Assembly (NCBI GenBank): GCA_003552565.1
Contig: PUNB01000122.1
Coordinates: 1 to 35,156, forward strand
Source: Lentisphaerota bacterium
GTDB lineage: Bacteria > Verrucomicrobiota > Lentisphaeria > Oligosphaerales > PUNB01
Direction: 5' to 3'
DNA length: 35,156 nucleotides
Shown here piece after piece: positions 1 through 8,138 of the stretch. Below the pieces are notes generated by a model. The model did no database searches. It was not told where the DNA came from and saw only the letters and a list, made by a program, of their open reading frames with translations. A program made the translations under genes and the position numbers. Position 1 is the stretch's first letter, and each line of letters opens with the position of its first letter.

Positions 1-133
1 CGGTTGACGATAACGGCGACGAGAACGGATCACGAGTCTCATAATCGTTCACCATTATCGTCGCCGATCTCGTTAACCGCTGTTTCTGCTCCGGGGTATC
101 CGGGAGCAAAAGCGCCGACGGCAGAGTTATATG
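1..133 (+). repeat. GACGA-rich palindromic repeat plus flanking arm (probably cut by window start)
   Basis: Imperfect hairpin (cggttgacgataacggcgacga...tcgtcgccgatctcgttaaccg) then ggggtatccgggagc...; aligns by eye to the reverse complement of 6920-7060. Confidence 0.7.
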
Positions 134-196
134 GCAATATACTCTGATTCATGACAATATGCAAGAAAAGTTGTGTCAATATCTATTGGCGAGATT

Positions 197-2635
197 TCAC
201 TTATCCTTTTGTGAGTTTGAATAAGGATTGAGCAGGTCTTTCGACTGTCCTTGTTCAAGCGTGTGAATTTGGCCTTCACAGCCGATTCTTATAGGAGGGC
301 AGGGGCCCGAGTCCAATGAGACGGTCAGTTTTTGATGATTGACTAGGATTGCCACCCAGTGACCGCGATAATGAATTTTCAACTTGATTTCCCTGACTTC
401 TTTCGGCAGCATCGGATTCAGCCACAGTATATTGTTTCGCAGCTCCAGGCCGCTGTAGCAGCGCAGCACCAGATCGACTGTGCCTGCCATGGCGCCCAGG
501 TGTATGCCTTCACTGGTGGTGCCCCCCTGCACATCGGCCAGGTCGCTTACCAAAACGTTGCCGAACAGATCCCAGGAACGTTCCCTGTCGGAGCGGGCCT
601 CGACCCAGGAGTGAACCAGATTGCTCAGAGTCGAGCCATGAGAGGTGCGCCGCTGGTAATATTCGATGTTACGGGGAATCATTTCCGGGGTGAATTCGTA
701 CCCCATAAAACTAAACAGTTTTTTTATCTGTTCAGAGGAAAAGAGATAGAAAAGCATTAGAACATCGGCTTGTTTGCTGGCTTTGTAGCGATTGATGTCA
801 TCGCCTTCTTTTTCCAGAATCCGGTCCAGGCGCTGAATGTCTCCGTGCTGCCGGCGCAGTTCTTCCCAGTTCAGTTCTTCCAGTTCTTCATAGCCTTCAA
901 ACTGGCTGATGATCCCCTGGTTATGGAAAGGTATGAACATTTTGCGGCTGATATCCTGCCAGCGGGTGATCTGCTCTTGATCGATTTTCAATTTTTGCAA
1001 GAGAGTTTCTTTACGGGTTGGGCAGAGCAGATTAAGAATGCCGCCGGCGAGCTGCAGACACCAGGCGGCCATGACATTGGTGTAGGCGTTGTTGTTGAGT
1101 CCAGGTTCGTCGTTGTCGGGGTAACCAGTGTGGAATTCGTCCGGGCCGGCCACTCCGCGTATTTCATAACGGCCTTTTTCGGGGTTGAATACGGCGGCAC
1201 TGGCCCAGAACTGGGCAATGCTGAGGACCATTTCAGCTCCTGCAACCGCCATGAATTCAGTATCGTTGGTGTTTTGGTAGTAACGCCAGATATTATGGAC
1301 GATAGCGGCGTTTATATGTCTTTGTTTATAGGTATGATCCGGTACCCAGCGGCCGGACTTGGGGTTTAAATGCACGGTTTGGCTTTCCTCCCGGCCGTCG
1401 CTGCCGCTCTGCCAGGGGTACATGGCACCTTCCAGCCCTTCTTGACGGGCCGCCCAACGCGCTTCGGGAAGGCGGCGGTAGCGATACATCAACAGGGAGC
1501 GGGTGAGGTTCGGCATATGCATGTTGATGACTGGGAAGATAAACAGTTCATCCCAGAAGATGTGGCCGCGATAGGCCTCTCCATGCAAGCCTCTGGCGGG
1601 CACCCCGGCATCCAGATCAATTGAATGCGTGGAAGTGGTTTGCAGTAAATGAAATATGTGGAGCCGCAGAATCATCTGCTCCTGGCTGGCTTCGCCTGTT
1701 TTCAACTGGATATCACAGGTTCGCCAGTAACGCTGCCAAGCCTGTTTATGAGTGTCGAGCAATTCTTCAAAATCGCCGGCGCGGAAAACTTTGCTGTTCG
1801 CCGCCAGCCCCGGCTCACTGATCGCCCGGTCGGAACCGCAATAGAGGGCGCTGATTTTTTCTATCTTCACAGAATGTCCTTCCTCAACTTCAAAATATAT
1901 ATCCTGACCGATATATCCATTCTCTTGCAGCAGCTGCCGCGATTCATCAACCTGTCGGCTGTTATGCATGATTCGGGTGCGAATTGTCTGTGCTAAATCC
2001 AGTCGGGATTGATTGGTGGTGCAGCGTAAAAGCAGGATATCAGGGGTGAGCTGACATGTCTCCAAAGGTTCCAGATGCTTTGTTTCCAGTTTACGGTAGC
2101 GAGTCACTCCAAGGTTTTCCACCTGTCCGTCGATGGCGGAACGTACGATTATCGGCTCAGACCAGTTAACCGGGAGCAGTTGCCATTCCATGGCGGCCAA
2201 ATATGCGTCCGCCATGTGGACTATGCGGCGAGTTGTCAGTTTTGTTTCCCGTTTTCCCTGGTCGCGGAAATGTAGATAATAAGAAAGTATGCCGTTTTGA
2301 ATGTCGAGGGTCTGACGAAAGTCCAGCCATTCAACCTGATTGAAGTCCAGCCATTCTCCATTCTCCGGTTTGAAGTTCAGACACAGCCAGTTAGGCAGAT
2401 TCACCAGGTCTTCGTTTTCTATCTGACGGCCGGCGACAGTGCTTGTCCGCCGGTTGTAGCCGCCGTGCAGGTAAGTGCCGGGATAATGGATGTCATCCGC
2501 TTTGGCGCCGGCGAATGCGCCGCGGGTGGCGAAACGGCCGTTCCCTAGGGTGCATAGAGCTTCCCGATGCTGTTGCTGCTTCGGCTCCCAGCCTTGATAT
2601 TCCAGGCACCAGGAGGACATTTCAGGCATATTCAT
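197..2635 (-). CDS. Glycoside hydrolase family 65 (trehalose/maltose/kojibiose phosphorylase-like)
   Basis: 812 aa; GH65 motifs EALCTLGNG, ARGLHGEAYRGHIFWDE, GPDEFH, KQADVLML, HGSTLS, EGIHLGAMAG; no N-terminal HAD/beta-PGM domain. Confidence 0.95.
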   Translation of the reverse strand: MNMPEMSSWCLEYQGWEPKQQQHREALCTLGNGRFATRGAFAGAKADDIHYPGTYLHGGYNRRTSTVAGRQIENEDLVNLPNWLCLNFKPENGEWLDFNQVEWLDFRQTLDIQNGILSYYLHFRDQGKRETKLTTRRIVHMADAYLAAMEWQLLPVNWSEPIIVRSAIDGQVENLGVTRYRKLETKHLEPLETCQLTPDILLLRCTTNQSRLDLAQTIRTRIMHNSRQVDESRQLLQENGYIGQDIYFEVEEGHSVKIEKISALYCGSDRAISEPGLAANSKVFRAGDFEELLDTHKQAWQRYWRTCDIQLKTGEASQEQMILRLHIFHLLQTTSTHSIDLDAGVPARGLHGEAYRGHIFWDELFIFPVINMHMPNLTRSLLMYRYRRLPEARWAARQEGLEGAMYPWQSGSDGREESQTVHLNPKSGRWVPDHTYKQRHINAAIVHNIWRYYQNTNDTEFMAVAGAEMVLSIAQFWASAAVFNPEKGRYEIRGVAGPDEFHTGYPDNDEPGLNNNAYTNVMAAWCLQLAGGILNLLCPTRKETLLQKLKIDQEQITRWQDISRKMFIPFHNQGIISQFEGYEELEELNWEELRRQHGDIQRLDRILEKEGDDINRYKASKQADVLMLFYLFSSEQIKKLFSFMGYEFTPEMIPRNIEYYQRRTSHGSTLSNLVHSWVEARSDRERSWDLFGNVLVSDLADVQGGTTSEGIHLGAMAGTVDLVLRCYSGLELRNNILWLNPMLPKEVREIKLKIHYRGHWVAILVNHQKLTVSLDSGPCPPIRIGCEGQIHTLEQGQSKDLLNPYSNSQKDK

Positions 2636-2674
2636 AATGCTTTCTCCTTGTTTTCGGTCAAGAAACGAAATCTA

Positions 2675-2835
2675 TTTGCCTCGTCAGCAGAATTTGTGGG
2701 TACATTGTGGTCGTCTTTCATACCCAATACCGACGAAGCAGGTGGTTTAAGCGTAACCAACTAAGGGTGGGCTCAAGTGTTCGATGAATTGCGGGATTAA
2801 GTGTCATGGTCTCCACGCCTCTCTTCTAAGCACTT
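2675..2835 (-). repeat. ~150-160 bp intergenic repeat with conserved hairpin, copy 1
   Basis: Reverse complement aligns to 26585-26731 (shared tttgcctcgtcagc, cccaataccgacgaagca, gcgggattaagtgtcatg, ctccacgc, tctcttctaa). Confidence 0.85.
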
Positions 2836-2854
2836 CAGCTCCCTCGCAAACATG

Positions 2855-3838
2855 CTAGACCACATCCAGTACTATGGACAGCCAAAAGGGGATCGTCAGC
2901 AGGCAGCAGATATGAGTAAGCATGACACTGGCGCTGGCGAACTCCACATCCGCCTTGAAAATTTCACTGACGGCCACCGTGTTGACCGCCGAGGGCATGA
3001 CCGCGACCAGAAACAGGATCATGGCGATGTTGCCCGGTATCGGCAGCCATACTATCCAGAAGAGCGCGATTGCCGGCACCAGCAGCAGTCGTACAAAGGC
3101 CACGCCCCATTGTCGCCAGTGAAACATCTGCGATGGTCGCAGATCGGCGATGCGGCTTCCGGCTATTATCATGGCCAAAGGGATGGTAGCGGCGCCGAAC
3201 ATGCTGAAGGCTTCCAGCAGCGCTTCCCATAAAGAGAGCAATAACTCTTGACCGCCGTCGATAAAGGAAATGCTGGAGGACAATGGCGGGATAATCGCGT
3301 CTCTTACTGTGACCGCCGCTAAAGCAACAACAATGGCGATAATCGGCGGCGAGTTCAACTGGCGCAGTGACCCCAGGGAGAGGCGGGTTTGGTTTAGAGA
3401 GAACACCCCTAAGGACCACATGGCGACCTCGCTGCCGAGAGTGGAAAGCACCACTTTCGCCAGGCCGATCTCTCCCCAGTAAAAATAGGCCAGAGGCATC
3501 ACCAGAAAAGAGTAGTTGTTGATTGTGGATTGAAAATGAAACGCTCGACCCTGAGGGGAAGAACGCCCGCCGTAAAGACTGATGCAGAGCCAGCCGATAA
3601 TGAAACCGGTGGCCATGATCATGAAGGCGCCGACTGGCAGAAGCCATTTCTCTCTTAAAGAAGACAGAGTGAAATTGGTGACAATGGTGCTGAAAATAAG
3701 AGCCGGATAGATGAAGTTAATCAACAAGCGCGCCATTTTGGCGGTCGCGGCACTGTCTATGACCAGTCTTTTGCGGGCGGTCCAGCCGAGGACGATCATG
3801 AGGAAAACCGCGCATAAACGGAGGAAAACAGCTGTCAA
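2855..3838 (-). CDS. AEC (auxin efflux carrier / malate permease) family transporter
   Basis: 327 aa, about 10 hydrophobic segments; PALIF, NNYSFLVMP, IPLAMIIAG, AVMPSA motifs; TTG start. Confidence 0.9.
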   Translation of the reverse strand: MTAVFLRLCAVFLMIVLGWTARKRLVIDSAATAKMARLLINFIYPALIFSTIVTNFTLSSLREKWLLPVGAFMIMATGFIIGWLCISLYGGRSSPQGRAFHFQSTINNYSFLVMPLAYFYWGEIGLAKVVLSTLGSEVAMWSLGVFSLNQTRLSLGSLRQLNSPPIIAIVVALAAVTVRDAIIPPLSSSISFIDGGQELLLSLWEALLEAFSMFGAATIPLAMIIAGSRIADLRPSQMFHWRQWGVAFVRLLLVPAIALFWIVWLPIPGNIAMILFLVAVMPSAVNTVAVSEIFKADVEFASASVMLTHICCLLTIPFWLSIVLDVV

Positions 3839-3852
3839 TGTTGCGTCTCCGT

Positions 3853-4569
3853 TTATTCAGGCGTTTTGTTGTCAGCCGCCGGACGATTGCGGAAGTGCAG
3901 AAGCTTCCAGTAGCCGAAGGCATTTACACCTTTAACACTTACCAGCTCCATTTCGGCGTCGGTCAGGAATTGATTCATGTCAAAGTCCGAGTGGAATCCT
4001 ACCAGATTGGCCAGGGGGGAGATTATTTTTTCCACGCCGCGCATGATTCTGCCCCGGCTGGCGAAGTGGTTGAGAACATAAACATCGCCATCCGGGCGAC
4101 ATACCCGGCGGGCTTCCTGCATCATCTTTTTGGGATCGGGGACAACCGAGGCCACGTACATGATGGCGATCTTGTCAAAGCTGTCATCTTTAAATTCGAG
4201 GTTCTGAACGTCCATTTCCTGGATTTCAATATTTTCCAGGTTGTGTCTGGAAATGGTTTCCCGAGCCTGTCGGAGCATTTCCGGCGAAACATCAATACCG
4301 ATAATCTGCACGTCCCTGGGATAATAAGGCAGCGCCAGGCCGGTGCCGACTCCGGCTTCCAGTATGCGCTCTCCCGGCTGGCAGTTCATCAGCTTCAGCG
4401 CCTGTTTGCGTCCGGGCTCCATCACCGGCCCGAAGACCATGTTGTAAAGACGGCCGTAGCGCCGATAGGCTTTTACTACATCCTGGGAGTCGCGCAGCCC
4501 TTTTTTATTTTCCTGCTCACAAGCGGGTGAATTATCTTCGGAAGGTTGCGATTTGTCAATCTGATTCAT
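3853..4569 (-). CDS. Class I SAM-dependent methyltransferase, PmtA-like (phospholipid N-methyltransferase)
   Basis: ILEAGVGTG motif I, GIDVSPEML; N-terminal YRRY..LYNMVFG and LNHF resemble Rhodobacter-type PmtA; substrate inferred. Confidence 0.8.
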   Translation of the reverse strand: MNQIDKSQPSEDNSPACEQENKKGLRDSQDVVKAYRRYGRLYNMVFGPVMEPGRKQALKLMNCQPGERILEAGVGTGLALPYYPRDVQIIGIDVSPEMLRQARETISRHNLENIEIQEMDVQNLEFKDDSFDKIAIMYVASVVPDPKKMMQEARRVCRPDGDVYVLNHFASRGRIMRGVEKIISPLANLVGFHSDFDMNQFLTDAEMELVSVKGVNAFGYWKLLHFRNRPAADNKTPE

Positions 4570-4583
4570 ACATATTCCCTTAA

Positions 4584-5786
4584 TTAATGTTTTCTGTACA
4601 TTTCTTCGGCCCGCGGGTTTTTGGAGGAGATGTCGATGGCGTATAATTGACTGCCGATGTTGGAACTGAGATTCATATAATGTTTATGGATGAAATGGGC
4701 GATCCATTTTTCGATTTTCAATACCAGCATTTTTTTTCGCAGACGTCCTTGCATGTCGCGATTAAGAATGGTCGGCAGGGTGTTGGTGGTGATGATCTCG
4801 TCGATGGCCGGGGTGTTTAAATTCTCTTTGACCTCGTCGGATGAGTAAAAGTGAGTGACAATAAACGTTATTCTGCCGGCGCCTGCGGCTCTCAGGCGAT
4901 TGCAGCATTCCATGATTGTGTGGCCGGTTCTGACCATGTCATCGAAGACGACAATGTCGCATCCTTGGATTTTTTCCATTCCGAGGGGGGAATTCTGGGC
5001 CGGCTGCATTTTTACCCGTCTTTCGCCGTCGCGTTTTTTTTCCATGAAAAGATAATCGACGCTCGGCGGCAGCAGCATGTCTTGTGATATTCGCTTTACG
5101 CACTTCCCTACTTCCTGGACAAAGGGGACGGCTCCGGCGTCCGGAGCGCACAAAATCAGCTTCGGTTCGGAACTTTTGCTGTGGCTTTTGACTCCTCGTT
5201 TCATTAAATATCCGGCGAACAGCCGGCTTGGACATAGATTAAAAAATTCGTCAGTGAAAATGGACGAAAAGAAACGCTGCACCGAGGAGGAATGGTTGTG
5301 GACGGTTACAACACCGTCAACCCCGCTGTGACGCAGCAGTTCCCCGTATAATTTGGCGGAGAAAGGCTGTCCGTCGAATTTTTTATAGTCATGGATGTTT
5401 CGTTCGAACTCAGTTACTCCATGTTCCCGGCCCGGTCCGCGGTCCTGGGCGCTGTAGAATAAATCCGGCTGCACCAGAAAAACTTTTTCGGCGCCGTTGT
5501 CTTTGGCGGCGCGGGCCACTAAAAAGGTGCGCATGGCCAGGGAATTGCGGGTGTTCTGGCCGCAGCAAGTGGAAACAATTACGACAGTTTTGCCTTTCAG
5601 TGATTCACCGATATGTTCAAAATCATTTTCATCGCTGATGAACCGCGGGCAGAATTCGCTGTTGGCGAACTGTTTAAGGGATATTAAGTCAGATATTTCC
5701 GCGGCTTGACCCGAATAATGAGCTACGTCAATAGCGAACGGATCATCTGAAATCGTGGCCACAACAAGAACGGAATCTGGATTCAT
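4584..5786 (-). CDS. Divergent ribose-phosphate pyrophosphokinase (PRPP synthetase) family protein
   Basis: FANSE, AAKDNGA, YSAQDR, APDAGA, VFDDMVRTGHT, TTNTLP; ATG at 5786 with upstream GGAG preferred over ORF-track start 5930. Confidence 0.85.
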   Translation of the reverse strand: MNPDSVLVVATISDDPFAIDVAHYSGQAAEISDLISLKQFANSEFCPRFISDENDFEHIGESLKGKTVVIVSTCCGQNTRNSLAMRTFLVARAAKDNGAEKVFLVQPDLFYSAQDRGPGREHGVTEFERNIHDYKKFDGQPFSAKLYGELLRHSGVDGVVTVHNHSSSVQRFFSSIFTDEFFNLCPSRLFAGYLMKRGVKSHSKSSEPKLILCAPDAGAVPFVQEVGKCVKRISQDMLLPPSVDYLFMEKKRDGERRVKMQPAQNSPLGMEKIQGCDIVVFDDMVRTGHTIMECCNRLRAAGAGRITFIVTHFYSSDEVKENLNTPAIDEIITTNTLPTILNRDMQGRLRKKMLVLKIEKWIAHFIHKHYMNLSSNIGSQLYAIDISSKNPRAEEMYRKH

Positions 5787-6018
5787 TGTTCTTTTGCACT
5801 CCCGGAATAGAATGTAAAGAAATAAAAAGCTGCTGGTTTGTTCATTAATTAAAGATTGCGGAATTATGTCGTCATTCTGCAGTGGGTGTTTTCGGTATGC
5901 TTGATAAATGAAACAGGTTAAGTGAATCAAAATTTCAATTTATCATATTTAGACAAACTTTCCAGTCAGGCTGAATAATTCCAATGCAATTTTATAAACA
6001 TCGATTATGTTAGGATGA

Positions 6019-6176
6019 CTAGACCCCGTCCGAAAAGGGCTCCCGCTTTTTTCGGCGATCTTCCGGTTTTCCGAGGAAAACCGTTAGCTTACGGCTAGCG
6101 ATTTCCCTCGGAAAACCGAAATTTCATCCGAAACAAGCGGGAGCATGGGTGCGATACCTTTCCGGGGTCAGACTAA
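6019..6176. mobile_element. MITE-like element, interior type A
   Basis: Starts CTAG-ACCCCGTCCGAAAAGG, degenerate inverted end cctttccgg; long internal hairpin ctcccgctt...aagcgggag; interior matches 23108-23225 in reverse. Confidence 0.8.
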
Positions 6177-6188
6177 GGAGTTAATATT

Positions 6189-6821
6189 ATGATTGCAGTA
6201 ATTGATTACCAGGCTGGTAACGGCACGAGTGTGTTAAGAGCACTGCGGAGTCTCGGCCATAAGGCGGAGATAACTTCCGATCCTGAGGAGGTCAAACAGG
6301 CGGAGCGGGTGATTTTTCCGGGAGTGGGAGCGGCCGGAGCCGCCATGGACAGCCTGCGTCAGCTTGAGCTGATAACTGTTTTACGCCAGGTGATTGAACG
6401 GCAGACCCCGTTTCTGGGGATATGTCTGGGATACCAGCTTCTGTTTGAACGAAGCTTGGAGGATAACACTGAGTGTTTGGGGGTGCTGCCCGGTGAAGTT
6501 GTCGGATTTCCTGCTGGCATGCGGGAGTCGGAAAGCGGCCAGGCTCTCAAAATCCCCCACATGGGATGGAATCGGGTAGACGGCACGGCGGCCCCCCGGT
6601 TATGGCAAGGGATCGAAGAAGATACAGAATTTTATTTTGTCCACTCTTATTATCCGGATATCCCCGAGCGGTCGCAAAGAGAATTAGCCTGTATGTATAC
6701 AGATTACGGGGTGGATTTTGTCTCCGGAGTGCATGACGGAAACCTTGTTGGGGTGCAGTTTCATCCCGAGAAAAGCGGTCGGCCGGGGCTCGCCCTGCTG
6801 GATAATTTCTGCCGAAGCTGA
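6189..6821 (+). CDS. hisH: Imidazole glycerol phosphate synthase, glutamine amidotransferase subunit
   Basis: IDYQAGN, FPGVG, LGICLGYQLL, IPHMGWN, YFVHSY, QFHPEKSG; RBS AAGGAG. Confidence 0.93.
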   Translation: MIAVIDYQAGNGTSVLRALRSLGHKAEITSDPEEVKQAERVIFPGVGAAGAAMDSLRQLELITVLRQVIERQTPFLGICLGYQLLFERSLEDNTECLGVLPGEVVGFPAGMRESESGQALKIPHMGWNRVDGTAAPRLWQGIEEDTEFYFVHSYYPDIPERSQRELACMYTDYGVDFVSGVHDGNLVGVQFHPEKSGRPGLALLDNFCRS

Positions 6822-6845
6822 AGCGCGAGCGGGTCGTCCGCGGAA

Positions 6846-6926
6846 TAGTGAGACTTGTTGAATGGTTTCGGGGTCAGGTTTTCGGGTTTGAAGGCTGGAA
6901 CCTGAAACCACGAAGTCTCATACAAG
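6846..6926. repeat. Heptamer (GGTTTCA-like) repeat module bounded by TGAGACTT/AAGTCTCA
   Basis: cctgaaaccacgaagtctca (6901-6920) is the exact reverse complement of 19211-19230. Confidence 0.7.
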
Positions 6927-7060
6927 CCCGGCCGCCGGCTCGATGCGCCGGATACCCTGAGGGTGAAACCTCGATTGACGATAGCGGGCGACGAGAGCGG
7001 ATTATGATTAAAGCGTGTCCTAATCGTCCACCGCTCTCGTCGCCGTTAACGTAACCGCTT
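6927..7060 (-). repeat. GACGA-rich palindromic repeat plus arm
   Basis: Hairpin ggcgacgagagcgg...ccgctctcgtcgcc; arm matches 89-133 and 26328-26362. Confidence 0.75.
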
Positions 7061-7083
7061 AGTAGGCCGGTGTTACATAAGCT

Positions 7084-7197
7084 GCTATACCAAAGCGGTG
7101 AGAGCTCACCGCACTCCGAAAGAGCCTTCGGCTCGGTGTCCCGAACTGATGCGAAGCATCTTTGGAGTGCGGCGGCCTGACGCCGCTTTAAGATAGC
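7084..7197. repeat. Inverted REP doublet (REPIN-like), GGAG type
   Basis: aaagcggtgagagctcaccgcactcc (7092-7117) and ggagtgcggcggcctgacgccgcttt (7164-7189) in inverted orientation, each a tetranucleotide plus GC hairpin. Confidence 0.75.
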
Positions 7198-7212
7198 CGC
7201 GGTGTTTCACAT

Positions 7213-7264
7213 AAGGTTTCAGCAGCACAAAAGCAGGTGCTAACCCTTTCCGCACGGGGTTTAA
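7213..7264. mobile_element. Truncated MITE-like element, interior type C (one end only)
   Basis: aaggtttcagcagcacaa...aaccctttccgcacggggt-TTAA resembles 12476-12524; terminal repeat abuts the TAA stop of the response regulator. Confidence 0.65.
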
Positions 7265-7926
7265 TAACTGTCGTGCTGGACATATTCCGTGGCGTATTGC
7301 AGGAGTTCAATTGAATTTTTAAGTCCCAGTTTGCTTTTTATATTGGCCCGATGGGTCTCGACGGTTTTGACGCTGAGATTTAACTCAGCGGCGATATCGC
7401 TTGTCTTTACACCGCTGCCGATAAATTCCAGAATTTCGAATTCCCGATTGGTGAGGCCGTGAATCGGCGGCGCTTCAGCTCGAGAGCTTTTTCCTTTTCC
7501 GCCCACTACAGGGGCCAGAATACGGGTGTACATGGCTTCGCTTAAATAGGTGTTGCCGGCGGCGACCCGTTTAATGGCGCTGATCATTTCTCCAGCTCCT
7601 TTTTCTTTCATTATGTAGCCATTGGCTCCGGCCTTCAGCACTCTTTCGGCGTAAAGAGCTTCACCATGCATCGACAGAACCAGAATCGGCTGTCGCCAAC
7701 CCTGATCCCGCAGATCGCGAATCAGAGAAATGCCGTTGTGTTCTCCCAGAGAAATGTCAAGCACCAGTACGTCCGGGGCGGCGGAATTCAGAGCTTCGAG
7801 AGCTTCTCCGGGGGTGCCTGCTTCGGCGCAAACCTGCAGCCCCGGCTGCTGTTCGATCAGCTGCGCCAAGCCGCGACGAACCAATTGATGATCGTCAATC
7901 AGCAGAATTTTGATCGGTCCGGTCAT
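7261..7926 (-). CDS. NarL/LuxR family DNA-binding response regulator
   Basis: REC domain (LIDDHQLVR, LVLDISL, LSMH, GANGYIMK) plus HTH (LTNREFEIL...LSVKTVETHRANI); no adjacent kinase. Confidence 0.95.
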   Translation of the reverse strand: MTGPIKILLIDDHQLVRRGLAQLIEQQPGLQVCAEAGTPGEALEALNSAAPDVLVLDISLGEHNGISLIRDLRDQGWRQPILVLSMHGEALYAERVLKAGANGYIMKEKGAGEMISAIKRVAAGNTYLSEAMYTRILAPVVGGKGKSSRAEAPPIHGLTNREFEILEFIGSGVKTSDIAAELNLSVKTVETHRANIKSKLGLKNSIELLQYATEYVQHDSY

Positions 7927-7995
7927 TTCAGTTCAACTCCCTGCGGCAGAGAATATTTCATGAATTGTTCAGACTAGCGGACAGTGCCTGTACAG

Positions 7996-8023
7996 AAGAT
8001 ACTTTCTTTTCATTATTATGCAA
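7996..8023 (-). promoter_or_regulatory. Possible sigma-70 promoter of the response regulator
   Basis: TTGCAT-16 nt-TATCTT on the minus strand between the ahcY terminator and the gene. Confidence 0.3.
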
Positions 8024-8073
8024 GTTGATGAAGATAAATCGCAGCTCTTAATCTTCGCGGAAAATGCAGTCCA

Positions 8074-8116
8074 CAAAAAAAGGTGAACCTCAGGAAGAGG
8101 TTCACCTTTTTATTTT
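8074..8116 (-). terminator. Intrinsic terminator after ahcY (bidirectional form)
   Basis: aaaaaggtgaacctc-aggaa-gaggttcaccttttt, perfect stem with T tracts on both strands. Confidence 0.85.
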
Positions 8117-8138
8117 CAGTTTCTACAACTAAACCGGC

